DNA of 64,000 nucleotides from Nitrospirota bacterium (lineage in GTDB: Bacteria > Nitrospirota > UBA9217): the NCBI GenBank assembly GCA_963751455.1, contig CAVVUN010000001.1, forward strand, positions 480,001 through 544,000, in the 5' to 3' direction. A program made the position numbers and the translations under genes. Position 1 is the first letter of the stretch; each line of letters opens with the position of its first letter. Shown piece after piece: positions 9,493 to 17,840 of the stretch. The notes beneath the pieces are model-generated. The model worked only from the letters and a program-made list of their open reading frames with translations, was not told the DNA's origin and did no database searches.

Positions 9493-9629
9493 TTGATGCA
9501 TTCGTAAGAAGTCAGAAAACACCCAATTTCGTCATACCGGCGAACGCCGGTATCTAGTCTTTTCAATAAGTTCGATAACCACTGGACCCCGGTTTTCACC
9601 GGGGAGACGACTTTTTACGAGATCATCAA
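9493..9629. mobile_element. MITE (TTGATG..TCGTAA.AAGTC ... GACTTTTTACGA..CATCAA) with 8-bp flanking direct repeat CTTTAACT, carrying a REP doublet and nested in a heptamer array (9426-9681)
   Basis: Direct repeats at 9485-9492 and 9630-9637; near-identical copy at 55581-55717. Confidence 0.88.
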
Positions 9630-9686
9630 CTTTAACTCTATGATACTATGAATCTATGACACTCTGACACTTTAAGACTCACTGTA

Positions 9687-10106
9687 CTACACCAGTTCTT
9701 TCCCCGTTGTCGTCATGGTCAGTTTCCCGTGTTTTACCCCGCGGGTGCCGATTAGCCTGTCTGCGATCTGCCTGATATCCCCGCTCTTCCCTTTTACGAC
9801 CAGAACCTCCAGGCAATTATGCGCGTCGAGATGGACATGCAGCGCAGAAATGATCTGATGGAAAGCCTTGTGCTGCATATCCGTCAGCGCGTGATCAAGT
9901 TCTCTGGTGTGGTGATTATAGACAATGCTGATGGTGCCCACAGTCTCATGTTCGCCCGACTCCCATTCCTGCTCCACCAGGGTCTCCCGGATTATGTCCC
10001 GGATGGCCTCGGAGCGGGTAGTGTACCCTTTACGCGATATAAGAGCGTCGAATTTCCTGATTAATTGATTGTCGATCGATACACCGAAACGGGTCACACC
10101 CGGCAT
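9687..10106 (-). CDS. nikR: Nickel-responsive regulator NikR
   Basis: [32 protein letters not shown]. Confidence 0.97.
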   Translation of the reverse strand: MPGVTRFGVSIDNQLIRKFDALISRKGYTTRSEAIRDIIRETLVEQEWESGEHETVGTISIVYNHHTRELDHALTDMQHKAFHQIISALHVHLDAHNCLEVLVVKGKSGDIRQIADRLIGTRGVKHGKLTMTTTGKELV

Positions 10107-10117
10107 ATTGCCTCCTC

Positions 10118-10144
10118 GTGCTACGATTTATAAAAAAGTAACAC
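10118..10144. promoter_or_regulatory. Putative NikR operator GTGCTAC-N13-GTAACAC
   Basis: Near-perfect dyad 11 nt upstream of the nikR start; resembles deltaproteobacterial NikR boxes. Confidence 0.75.
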
Positions 10145-10306
10145 AGCACTGCCTGCCCTGTCAATCGCATTTTAAATCACTTTGGAATATCTGCACTATG
10201 CATCTGAATTTATAAACCTTGACAAAGTCACAACCGTTTGGTACGATTTCCCTTGAAACTAAAGGATGATCTCAACTTTCCAACCAAAATTTTAGGGAGG
10301 CTTCAC

Positions 10307-11050
10307 ATGAAAAAGTTTTTATTGGCAGCTCTGTTGGTGCTCGTTATGGCAGTACCCGCAATGGCAAAGACGACTATTGAGTTTCCTGCAGGATTCGGTC
10401 AACAAGAGTTTAAAGAATTCAGCGAAAGCTTTGGCATGGCGATGAGCTACTATCCGGTCTCCCCAGCTGCTCCACTGGGAGACACGCTCCCCGGCTTTGA
10501 TGCCGGAGTAGAAGTTTCCTATGTCAAGCTTGATGAGAATGCCGCCTGGTTCAAAGCCATTGATCAGGGGGCCGGAGAGCTTCCGTCCGCACTCGTGTTG
10601 CCGCGAGTCCATATACAGGTAGGTCTTCCGATCATCCCTATTGATATCGGCGTAAGTTATACAAGCGCAGGCGACATCAAGCTTACTGGTTATGAAATCA
10701 AGTATGCGATCTTCGAAGGCGGCGTGGCCATGCCTGCCGTCGCAATTCGTGGAGCCATCACGCAACTGTCCGGCTTGGAAGAACTGGATCTAACAACTAA
10801 GTCGCTTGATATTTCAATCAGCAAGGGCATCCTTATTTTCACCCCGTATGCTGGTGTAGGCCAGGTCTGGATTACGAGCGAGCCCCATCCCAATCCCGCT
10901 TTGGGCCTGACTCTGAAGACGGAAGACATTACCCAGACCAAGGTCTTCGTCGGTTCAAAAATAAAGATCTTCCCCTTCATCAACCTCGTCCTTGAAGGCT
11001 CTTTTGCGAATGAGAATGTGTATTCAGGCAGATTAAACGTCAATTTCTAG
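10307..11050 (+). CDS. Exported outer-membrane beta-barrel-like protein
   Basis: GGGAGG RBS, signal peptide MKKFLLAALLVLVMAVPAMA, amphipathic beta strands, terminal Phe. Confidence 0.7.
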   Translation: MKKFLLAALLVLVMAVPAMAKTTIEFPAGFGQQEFKEFSESFGMAMSYYPVSPAAPLGDTLPGFDAGVEVSYVKLDENAAWFKAIDQGAGELPSALVLPRVHIQVGLPIIPIDIGVSYTSAGDIKLTGYEIKYAIFEGGVAMPAVAIRGAITQLSGLEELDLTTKSLDISISKGILIFTPYAGVGQVWITSEPHPNPALGLTLKTEDITQTKVFVGSKIKIFPFINLVLEGSFANENVYSGRLNVNF

Positions 11051-11070
11051 CAACTGATGCTCCGGGAATC

Positions 11071-11100
11071 AAAAGCCTCCGGCTTGGGCCGGAGGCTTTT
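11071..11100. terminator. Bidirectional intrinsic terminator
   Basis: aaaagcctccggc-ttgg-gccggaggctttt. Confidence 0.85.
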
Positions 11101-11120
11101 AATATCGCCTCAAGAGCGCT

Positions 11121-11942
11121 TTGACAACCTCTGCCCCCCATGATATAGTTCCCCTCGTGGAAACCAAACGCGAAACATTGATCCTCAAGGTCTCTGGCAA
11201 TAAAACGGAAGGCATCATCGATGAAGTCGCGTCCGAACTTCCTGTCAGCCTGGTTTTGAACAACGCGCCGCTGGTAACGCTGCTCTGCACTCCTTCCGAG
11301 CTTCAGGAACTGGCAGTCGGGTTTCTGCTCTCCGAAGGCCTGCTCAGCGCACGATCATCTTTGAAGAAACTGGAAGTCATCGAAGAAAAAGCTCTTGTGC
11401 GGATTGAAATACCGGACCTTCCAGCAGACGCCGGCCGGCTTTTTGAGAAGCGGACCATTTCCTCCGGCTGCGGCAAGGGCATCACCTTTACGAGCTTTCG
11501 CGCAACGCCGGACGCAAGAATCTCCGTCAAGGCCCCTCTCGTTTCTCTCGATCAGATCAGGGACCTGCTGAACCGGTTCCGAAACATATCGAAATTGTAT
11601 CTGGAGACCGGCGGCGTCCACAGCGCCGCGCTTTCTGATGGAAAGGACATCCTGTTCTTTTCAGAGGATATCGGAAGGCATAATGCCGTTGACAAGCTGA
11701 TCGGCAAAGCCTTTCTGAATTCCGTCCCGATCGAAAACAAGATCCTGCTCACGAGCGGCAGGGTGACATCGGAGATAGTCACGAAAGCGGGCAGAAACCG
11801 TTTCCCGATGCTCATCAGCCGGGCCGCTCCTTCCTGTATGGCGATCAGCTATGCAGAAGATATGGGAATCACCCTTGTCGGGTTTGCGCGAGGCGACAGG
11901 ATGAACATCTACTCATGGCCGAACCGAATCGCGATGAATTAG
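11121..11942 (+). CDS. fdhD: Formate dehydrogenase sulfurtransferase FdhD
   Basis: CTPSELQELAVGFLLSEG, SSGCG, TGGVHSAA, EDIGRHNAVDK, LVGFARG. Confidence 0.95.
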   Translation: MTTSAPHDIVPLVETKRETLILKVSGNKTEGIIDEVASELPVSLVLNNAPLVTLLCTPSELQELAVGFLLSEGLLSARSSLKKLEVIEEKALVRIEIPDLPADAGRLFEKRTISSGCGKGITFTSFRATPDARISVKAPLVSLDQIRDLLNRFRNISKLYLETGGVHSAALSDGKDILFFSEDIGRHNAVDKLIGKAFLNSVPIENKILLTSGRVTSEIVTKAGRNRFPMLISRAAPSCMAISYAEDMGITLVGFARGDRMNIYSWPNRIAMN

Positions 11943-12010
11943 GCGAAATTACATGATTAACGATACTTGGCCTCAGACCGATGAATCATGAATTCAAAAT
12001 CAAAAGCGGT

Positions 12011-12105
12011 CTCACGCTAAGCCGCCAAGACGCAAAGGAAATCTTTAAATTCTGAATTAAACCCAACGATCTGCTTTTCTTTGCGAACTTTGCGCCTCAG
12101 CGTGG
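12011..12105. repeat. Inverted 8/9-mer arrays (CGCAAAG / CTTTGCG family)
   Basis: cacgctaagccgccaagacgcaaag ... ctttgcgaactttgcgcctcagcgtg; left arm repeated at 29658-29683. Confidence 0.75.
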
Positions 12106-12196
12106 CCCTCTTCTTGGCCATTGCGCGAAATTGCCTTAGTTTTTGATTTAATAAACTTTTTACGAATGATAAAATCTTAAGTAGGGAGGATTTTCC

Positions 12197-13075
12197 ATGA
12201 TTATTCTGAGAACAGCAAGTCTTCTTTTCGTTGTCGTCGCATTTTCCGGCTGCGTCATGCAGTCCGAGTATGCTGCCCGGATGGCCGAGATCGGAACGTT
12301 GAAAAAAGACGTCTCGACCTTCGAAGAGAATCTTAAAACATCCGAATCCGAAAAGGCGGCGCTCCAGTCCGAACTGACAAAGCTGAAGAAGGATTACGAA
12401 GAGTTGAAGGAGCAGAATAAGTCGCTTGCCGGAGACAACGCGGAATTGAACAACCTGTTGAAGGCCAAAAAAGGCGAATTGAATACCAAGATTTCCGAGC
12501 TCAGGGACCAGATCGCGGACAAAGAGAAGGAGTTGAGCGCAAAAAGCGCCGAGATCCAGGCCTTGAACCAGGAAAAGGAAAAAGCGATCCAGGAGAAGGA
12601 AAAATCCATAGCCGAACTGAAAAAGACGTATACCAGCCTGGTCGGGGAAATGAGCGAAGAGATCAAAAAGGGCGAAATCACGATCACCCAGCTGAAGGAC
12701 AAAATGTCCATTAACATGGTCGAGAAGATCCTGTTTGATTCAGGAAGCGCCGATATAAAGAAGGACGGCAAAAAGGTGATCGACCGCGTTGCCGAGATAC
12801 TTGCAAAAGTCACGGACAAGCAGATACGTGTCGAAGGCTATACCGACAATGTTCCGATCAGCCCCAGGCTCGCCGTCAAGTTCCCGTCCAACTGGGAACT
12901 GTCGACCGCACGCGCCACAACGGTCGCCCGCCATCTTCAGGATAAGGGCATCGAGCCGAAAATCCTGAGCGCTGCCGGGTATTCCGAATTCCGCCCGGTT
13001 GCTCCGAACGATAATGAGGAAGGCAGGGCAAAGAACCGAAGAATTGAGATCAGCCTGGTGCCGAAAGAACTCTAA
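12197..13075 (+). CDS. OmpA/MotB-family lipoprotein with long coiled coil (paralog of 4445-5170)
   Basis: FSGC lipobox, VEGYTDN, NWELSTARA, NRRIEI. Confidence 0.9.
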   Translation: MIILRTASLLFVVVAFSGCVMQSEYAARMAEIGTLKKDVSTFEENLKTSESEKAALQSELTKLKKDYEELKEQNKSLAGDNAELNNLLKAKKGELNTKISELRDQIADKEKELSAKSAEIQALNQEKEKAIQEKEKSIAELKKTYTSLVGEMSEEIKKGEITITQLKDKMSINMVEKILFDSGSADIKKDGKKVIDRVAEILAKVTDKQIRVEGYTDNVPISPRLAVKFPSNWELSTARATTVARHLQDKGIEPKILSAAGYSEFRPVAPNDNEEGRAKNRRIEISLVPKEL

Positions 13076-13110
13076 ATTAGAAACGTGAATAGTGAACCTT
13101 AAGTGCCCAA

Positions 13111-13144
13111 TAAAAGAAGGGGGCAACAGACCCCCTCTTTTTTA
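13111..13144 (+). terminator. Intrinsic terminator
   Basis: aaagaagggggcaacagaccccctctttttt. Confidence 0.7.
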
Positions 13145-13287
13145 TGCCCGCGTTGCTGATACAACGGATTTGATCTTTTTTGCACATCCACTTTGCGTCC
13201 TTGAACGATATTTATTGACCCGTCTAAGGCGTTCGCTCGCTCGCGCAAACTCGGTCTGCGGCCTCAGACAGTGCGCGTTCACGTCGG

Positions 13288-13366
13288 GTCATTTCGAGCA
13301 ACACGAGAAATCTTGTGCTGATCAAATAAGTACGAACCTAAGAGTTCTCCCTCTAGTCGAAATGAC
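13288..13366. repeat. GTCATTTCGA...TCGAAATGAC REP doublet
   Basis: Copies at 17659-17731 and 36822-36915. Confidence 0.8.
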
Positions 13367-13418
13367 AAAAACACACTATGAGTCGAAGCATCTTAATTAT
13401 TTCTATAATCGCAATAGA

Positions 13419-15746
13419 TCACTTTCGGGAAGCATACGGAATAAACCATCTAGGGTAAAAAAAATACAGGCCCACCAGAAGACAGCCCGTCAAACTTATA
13501 AAAAGTCCTATGTTGAGAGAACGGGGCTTGAATTTGAAAACCACCGTATGTTCGCCCTTGGGTAAGGATAGTGCCCTGAAGTTGTAATTAGCCCTCAGTA
13601 CTGGTCGCTCTACACCATCTATCCAGGCGCGCCATCCGGGGTAGTACGTATCGCTCAAGACGAGGAAACCGTCGTTTTGTGAAAACGTCTTCACTACAGC
13701 TTCGGTGCTGGCATACTTCTCAAAGCTTGCTGTCCATTCCCCTGCGTTCATGATCTGATTAGTGATTCCGCTGCCGTTGATAATAACCTTTGAAGAAGGA
13801 TCAAATACCGCCAGCTTTTCAAGTGCTTTATTATCGTCCTCCAAGAATTCGGCGTTCGCTACAACATATGCTCTCGGCAAGTAATTGGGATAATAATCGA
13901 AATGATTTTGTCCTTCCGTGTAAATATACTTAACATTGGTAATCTTATATAAATTGTCTATGTTTTTTGAAGAAAGAAATTTGACAAGTTTTTGATGCCT
14001 GCTCAGTTCAAGCGGATCAAAGCCTGAAACAAGAAAAGTTTTGGCAAGCATTGCTCTATTGGATCCTAATTGCCACAGTCCATCTATTCCGTCAGGTATC
14101 GTGTAAATTCTGAAAAGCCCCTGGTTCAGCTCCGAATCATTCAACGCAAGATCCTCCTGAGCGCTTGAACGGACTCCTGCGTGATTTTTTATCTCTGTGA
14201 TTAAGGCTGTTTCTCCTTGGTATACGGATGGCGGCGACTTGGCGGCAACGGTGATTGCGTCGGATAAGTGCAGATATAAATCTACAAAGGTTACAAAAAG
14301 CAAGATAGCTAAATAGATTTTCTTGTCCCGCGGATGAAACAGGGCTAATGCGACGAGGACAGCGGACAAAATAAACATAGAAATAAAGCCGGCAAAACCA
14401 GTCTGCATGTTACTTTTTGCCAATGACGGAATTGATGAATATCCTGCACTGGAACTTATGTCGCTATGAATTCGATATGCCGCTCCGGCTTCTGGAAAAA
14501 CCGGACTGATAAAATAAAGAAGTATGGAAAGTAATAAAAATATTGTCAAATAAATATAAAAAGAAGATTTTTTGACGTTTCCCAGAAGTACGTTGAACCC
14601 GTATGCGGCCGCAAGGGCAGAAAAAAAGGAAAAAAGAAAAGACAGGTGTTGAGGGGAGCGGAAATAATTGAAACCCGGTACATATTCGAACAGCAGACGA
14701 TAAACCGGACCGTTTTGTCCAAGCGACACCAGAAGAAAAAATATTGCCATCATAATAAAATACACGATGTTTCGTTTTTTTCGATCGAAAATTAGTGCAA
14801 GCCCGATTAAGAACAACGGCAACACTCCGATGTAGAGTATGCTCTGAGAAATATCCGCGCCGCCCCAAAAGGGGTCCGTGAGGGCTCCAAAATAATTCGG
14901 CACGATAATAAGGATGAGATCTCTCAAAGACAGTTGCCCGCTCTTTGCGGCGAAATCAAAGGACAGCGTATTGCCGCGTGTGGCTTGAGTGATGAATTCA
15001 TAGGTAGGCAATATTTGGACTGCCGCAATAATAGATCCAACGGCCAGGAAAAGAATCAATGCGGTCGCATGAGTGCGTAAGATAGTCCATTTCCTCTCCG
15101 TCATATACATGGTTGCGGTCCTGTATGCGGTGTGTATAACAACGGCGAATGCCATGCCATGGCTTGTCTGAGGGTGCCCAGCGAGGATTGACAATCCGAA
15201 GAAAAAACCGGCAAAAACAGCGTTTTTTTGTTTTTGTTCCATCAAAGCCTTTTCATAGAATAAAAAAACGAGCGGCAGCCAGGCAAAGACTTCTATCATA
15301 GTCACATGTTGGAAATGACCAATCGTAAACCCGGACAGCATATAAACCATGGCGGACAAAAAACAGGCCCAGCGATTCTGTAGATACTTAGCGCATAATA
15401 GATACATAAACAGGCCGGCAAGGAAGCAGTGTAAAATCAGGCTTAGATGAACGGCATAAGGGGTAAATGCCGTAAACGGAAGAAAAAGTAAGTTTATCGG
15501 ATAAAATAATTGAGACTCTATATTTGCAATAGTGGGAAAGCCATTGAATAGGAAAGGGTTCCAGAGCGGCATGGTCCACTGCCTTAAGGCGTTGCTCACG
15601 CTAAAGAAAAGAGGATAAAAGAAATTTGCGGAATCGAATATCAGCGTGTGTTTGCCCAGCAAAGCATCTTTGAAGAAAAATAGCACGGCAAATAATAAAA
15701 TTAATAAAAAGAGACCGTCTTTGTATTTTTTATTATTACCGTTCAT
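13419..15746 (-). CDS. YfhO-family polytopic membrane protein (GT-C-like glycosyltransferase)
   Basis: PLWNPFLFNGFP, LAGHPQ, LYIGVLPL, LVLSDTYYPGWRA...RANYNFRAL; visibly AT-richer than its neighbours. Confidence 0.85.
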   Translation of the reverse strand: MNGNNKKYKDGLFLLILLFAVLFFFKDALLGKHTLIFDSANFFYPLFFSVSNALRQWTMPLWNPFLFNGFPTIANIESQLFYPINLLFLPFTAFTPYAVHLSLILHCFLAGLFMYLLCAKYLQNRWACFLSAMVYMLSGFTIGHFQHVTMIEVFAWLPLVFLFYEKALMEQKQKNAVFAGFFFGLSILAGHPQTSHGMAFAVVIHTAYRTATMYMTERKWTILRTHATALILFLAVGSIIAAVQILPTYEFITQATRGNTLSFDFAAKSGQLSLRDLILIIVPNYFGALTDPFWGGADISQSILYIGVLPLFLIGLALIFDRKKRNIVYFIMMAIFFLLVSLGQNGPVYRLLFEYVPGFNYFRSPQHLSFLFSFFSALAAAYGFNVLLGNVKKSSFYIYLTIFLLLSILLYFISPVFPEAGAAYRIHSDISSSAGYSSIPSLAKSNMQTGFAGFISMFILSAVLVALALFHPRDKKIYLAILLFVTFVDLYLHLSDAITVAAKSPPSVYQGETALITEIKNHAGVRSSAQEDLALNDSELNQGLFRIYTIPDGIDGLWQLGSNRAMLAKTFLVSGFDPLELSRHQKLVKFLSSKNIDNLYKITNVKYIYTEGQNHFDYYPNYLPRAYVVANAEFLEDDNKALEKLAVFDPSSKVIINGSGITNQIMNAGEWTASFEKYASTEAVVKTFSQNDGFLVLSDTYYPGWRAWIDGVERPVLRANYNFRALSLPKGEHTVVFKFKPRSLNIGLFISLTGCLLVGLYFFYPRWFIPYASRK

Positions 15747-15869
15747 ACTTATCTCCCTTCAGGGTGGGATTAAGTGAGTGAGGCGAATGACTTGATAAGC
15801 GAATAAGCGGAGAAAATGTGAAGTAAGGCCTAAAAAACGTATACATCGTGAAAAGTTCTACTGTCAATT

Positions 15870-17552
15870 TTATTTCATGAGTTTGTTCAGCGTTATTTCA
15901 AACGCTGCGCACGGCATGCCGATCTGCTTGAGTTCGAGCACTTGGGGGCGGACCTCGCCGATATGGCCGAGCCGGACGTCGCCCGCCATCACCGCTCCGC
16001 ACCTACCCTGCAGAAACAGGGGATGTTCGGCAGGTTCCAGCCTGTATTCTATCCCGAGATAATAGAGTAAAACGTCAAGGAAGGAATGCATTTCCGAAAA
16101 ATTGGCGGTTGGATGCGACACAAGCGCGCCGAGATCGAGGTCTGTCCGGGACCCCATATTTTCCGAAGGATCGAACACCGCTACTTCACCAAGCTCAAAT
16201 ATCCTGTGCGGATAAAAGGCCTTGGAACTGGCGTTCTCAACGTTCAGAAGAGAAGGTATCACGCGGTTCCTGAGAACAGAATATGCAAGCGACATCACGT
16301 TGTCCACTTCAATAAGCTTCTCGCCTGAAGGCATCGCGTACTCAAGCTCTTCCCTCGAACAGAGAATGTTCGACATGATTTCCTGGAACCCGGAGCCTAT
16401 CATATAATCCCGGACAGTATCGGAAAGCAGTTCGATGCGGGACAGGGACCCCACCGTCGACTGCTCCGGCATCACAGGCTCGAAGGAATCGTACCCCCTG
16501 CTGATCGCATAATCCTCCACAAGATCCATCGGGTGCATGATGTCGTCGCGGTAGGCAGGGACTATTATCGTTACCTTGCCGCCCGCACCGCTCACCGTAT
16601 GTCCGTAGGCAGCCAGGTGCTTCTTCACATCTTCAAACGATACCGCCTCCCCGAGCCCGGCGGAAAAGCTTGCAAGGGGAATCCTGAATTTGCCGGACGT
16701 ATCGTATGGGAACGAGATCTTTTTCCCGGCCTCGGTTTCATACGGATAGCTGACGAGAACAGGCTCTATTTCCGCGCCGCGATCATAGAAGCTCGCGGCC
16801 AGGATGTTCAGGGTAAGGACCGTCATACGCAGGTCCGTACCCGTAACCTCGATGAGCACAGCTCTTGTCGCTGGCTTAACTTCGCCGATTTCCCTGCTGT
16901 TGATTATGGGAGGAAAGGAAAGCGCGCGGCCCATGCCGTCCATAAGAACAGGATATTTGGAAAACGGTTTAACGATTCCGCCGTACTCTATCCCCTTCGG
17001 ATGGCGTTCCAGTATCTCGGCAAGCGTTAGCTTCTGATCCATGCCGAGGGGCGTGAAGGAAACAGAAGAGGGCTCGGCAAGCCGGTACTCGACCGGAAAC
17101 ACGATCCGGTTCAGCTCGTAAATCCCGATCGATACGGTGCTCCGTTTTCTTCCGTATATTTCCGCAAGCTTGTCCTGGCTCTGGATCATCTGCGCCAGCA
17201 CGTCCTCATTCATTCGGATATCCTGGGCAGTGCACGCCGCGATATAGGGCCTGACAGCCTTCATTTCCCTGGACACGCGGATTTCGCGGGTCGCCTTCCT
17301 GCCGTGCTCGAAAAACGGATACTCTTCCGGCTTTCCCGCGAGAGACATCCGGATCTGCCTGGCGATTCCCTCGGACGACCAGAGATCGGGCCTGTTGCTG
17401 TCCGACAGCTCGACCTTCATGTCATCTGTCTCGGCGTTGTACTCCTTGAGCTCTGCCTTGGCCAGCATAAGCTTTTTCTCGAGAACGGCTATCGAGAGCT
17501 TCTTGCCGATGAGGGCGTCGAGATCGCGTTTTTTTATATCAATTGTTGGCAT
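15870..17552 (-). CDS. pheT: Phenylalanyl-tRNA synthetase beta subunit, short archaeal/eukaryotic-type
   Basis: NRPDLWSSEGIAR, SFPPIINS, YRDDIMHPMDLVEDYAI; 560 aa with no B2 OB domain and no B8 anticodon domain. Confidence 0.93.
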   Translation of the reverse strand: MPTIDIKKRDLDALIGKKLSIAVLEKKLMLAKAELKEYNAETDDMKVELSDSNRPDLWSSEGIARQIRMSLAGKPEEYPFFEHGRKATREIRVSREMKAVRPYIAACTAQDIRMNEDVLAQMIQSQDKLAEIYGRKRSTVSIGIYELNRIVFPVEYRLAEPSSVSFTPLGMDQKLTLAEILERHPKGIEYGGIVKPFSKYPVLMDGMGRALSFPPIINSREIGEVKPATRAVLIEVTGTDLRMTVLTLNILAASFYDRGAEIEPVLVSYPYETEAGKKISFPYDTSGKFRIPLASFSAGLGEAVSFEDVKKHLAAYGHTVSGAGGKVTIIVPAYRDDIMHPMDLVEDYAISRGYDSFEPVMPEQSTVGSLSRIELLSDTVRDYMIGSGFQEIMSNILCSREELEYAMPSGEKLIEVDNVMSLAYSVLRNRVIPSLLNVENASSKAFYPHRIFELGEVAVFDPSENMGSRTDLDLGALVSHPTANFSEMHSFLDVLLYYLGIEYRLEPAEHPLFLQGRCGAVMAGDVRLGHIGEVRPQVLELKQIGMPCAAFEITLNKLMK

Positions 17553-17565
17553 GTTTTAATTTTTT

Positions 17566-17826
17566 GCCACGGATGAACACTGATGGCCACGGATGTTTAA
17601 TTTAAAAAATTATTGGTGGTTTCTATACAGTCGTAACAAGTCGAAAACCACCAGTTTTGTCATTTCGAGCGGAGCGAGAAATCTTGCTTTTCCAATCGGA
17701 TGAAAGACCTCTCACTTCGGTTCGAGGTGACACATCCGGGCTTTTACGAAAACATCATACCTAAGACATACAATTTGCGGCTTATTCACTCGCTGTTAAT
17801 CCGTGTTATCCGTGTAGATCCGTGGC
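17566..17826. repeat. Nested element: 9-mer inverted arms enclosing degenerate MITE ends (about 17623-17757), which enclose a GTCATT REP doublet
   Basis: gccacggatgaacactgatggccacggat ... tcgtaacaagtc ... gtcatttcgagc ... cttttacgaaaacatca ... atccgtgttatccgtgtagatccgtggc. Confidence 0.78.
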
Positions 17827-17840
17827 AAGTAATCTTTACT

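Noticed and set aside
13092-13565. 157-aa plus-strand ORF
   Set aside because: It reads through a terminator and repeat elements and has no plausible RBS or motif.
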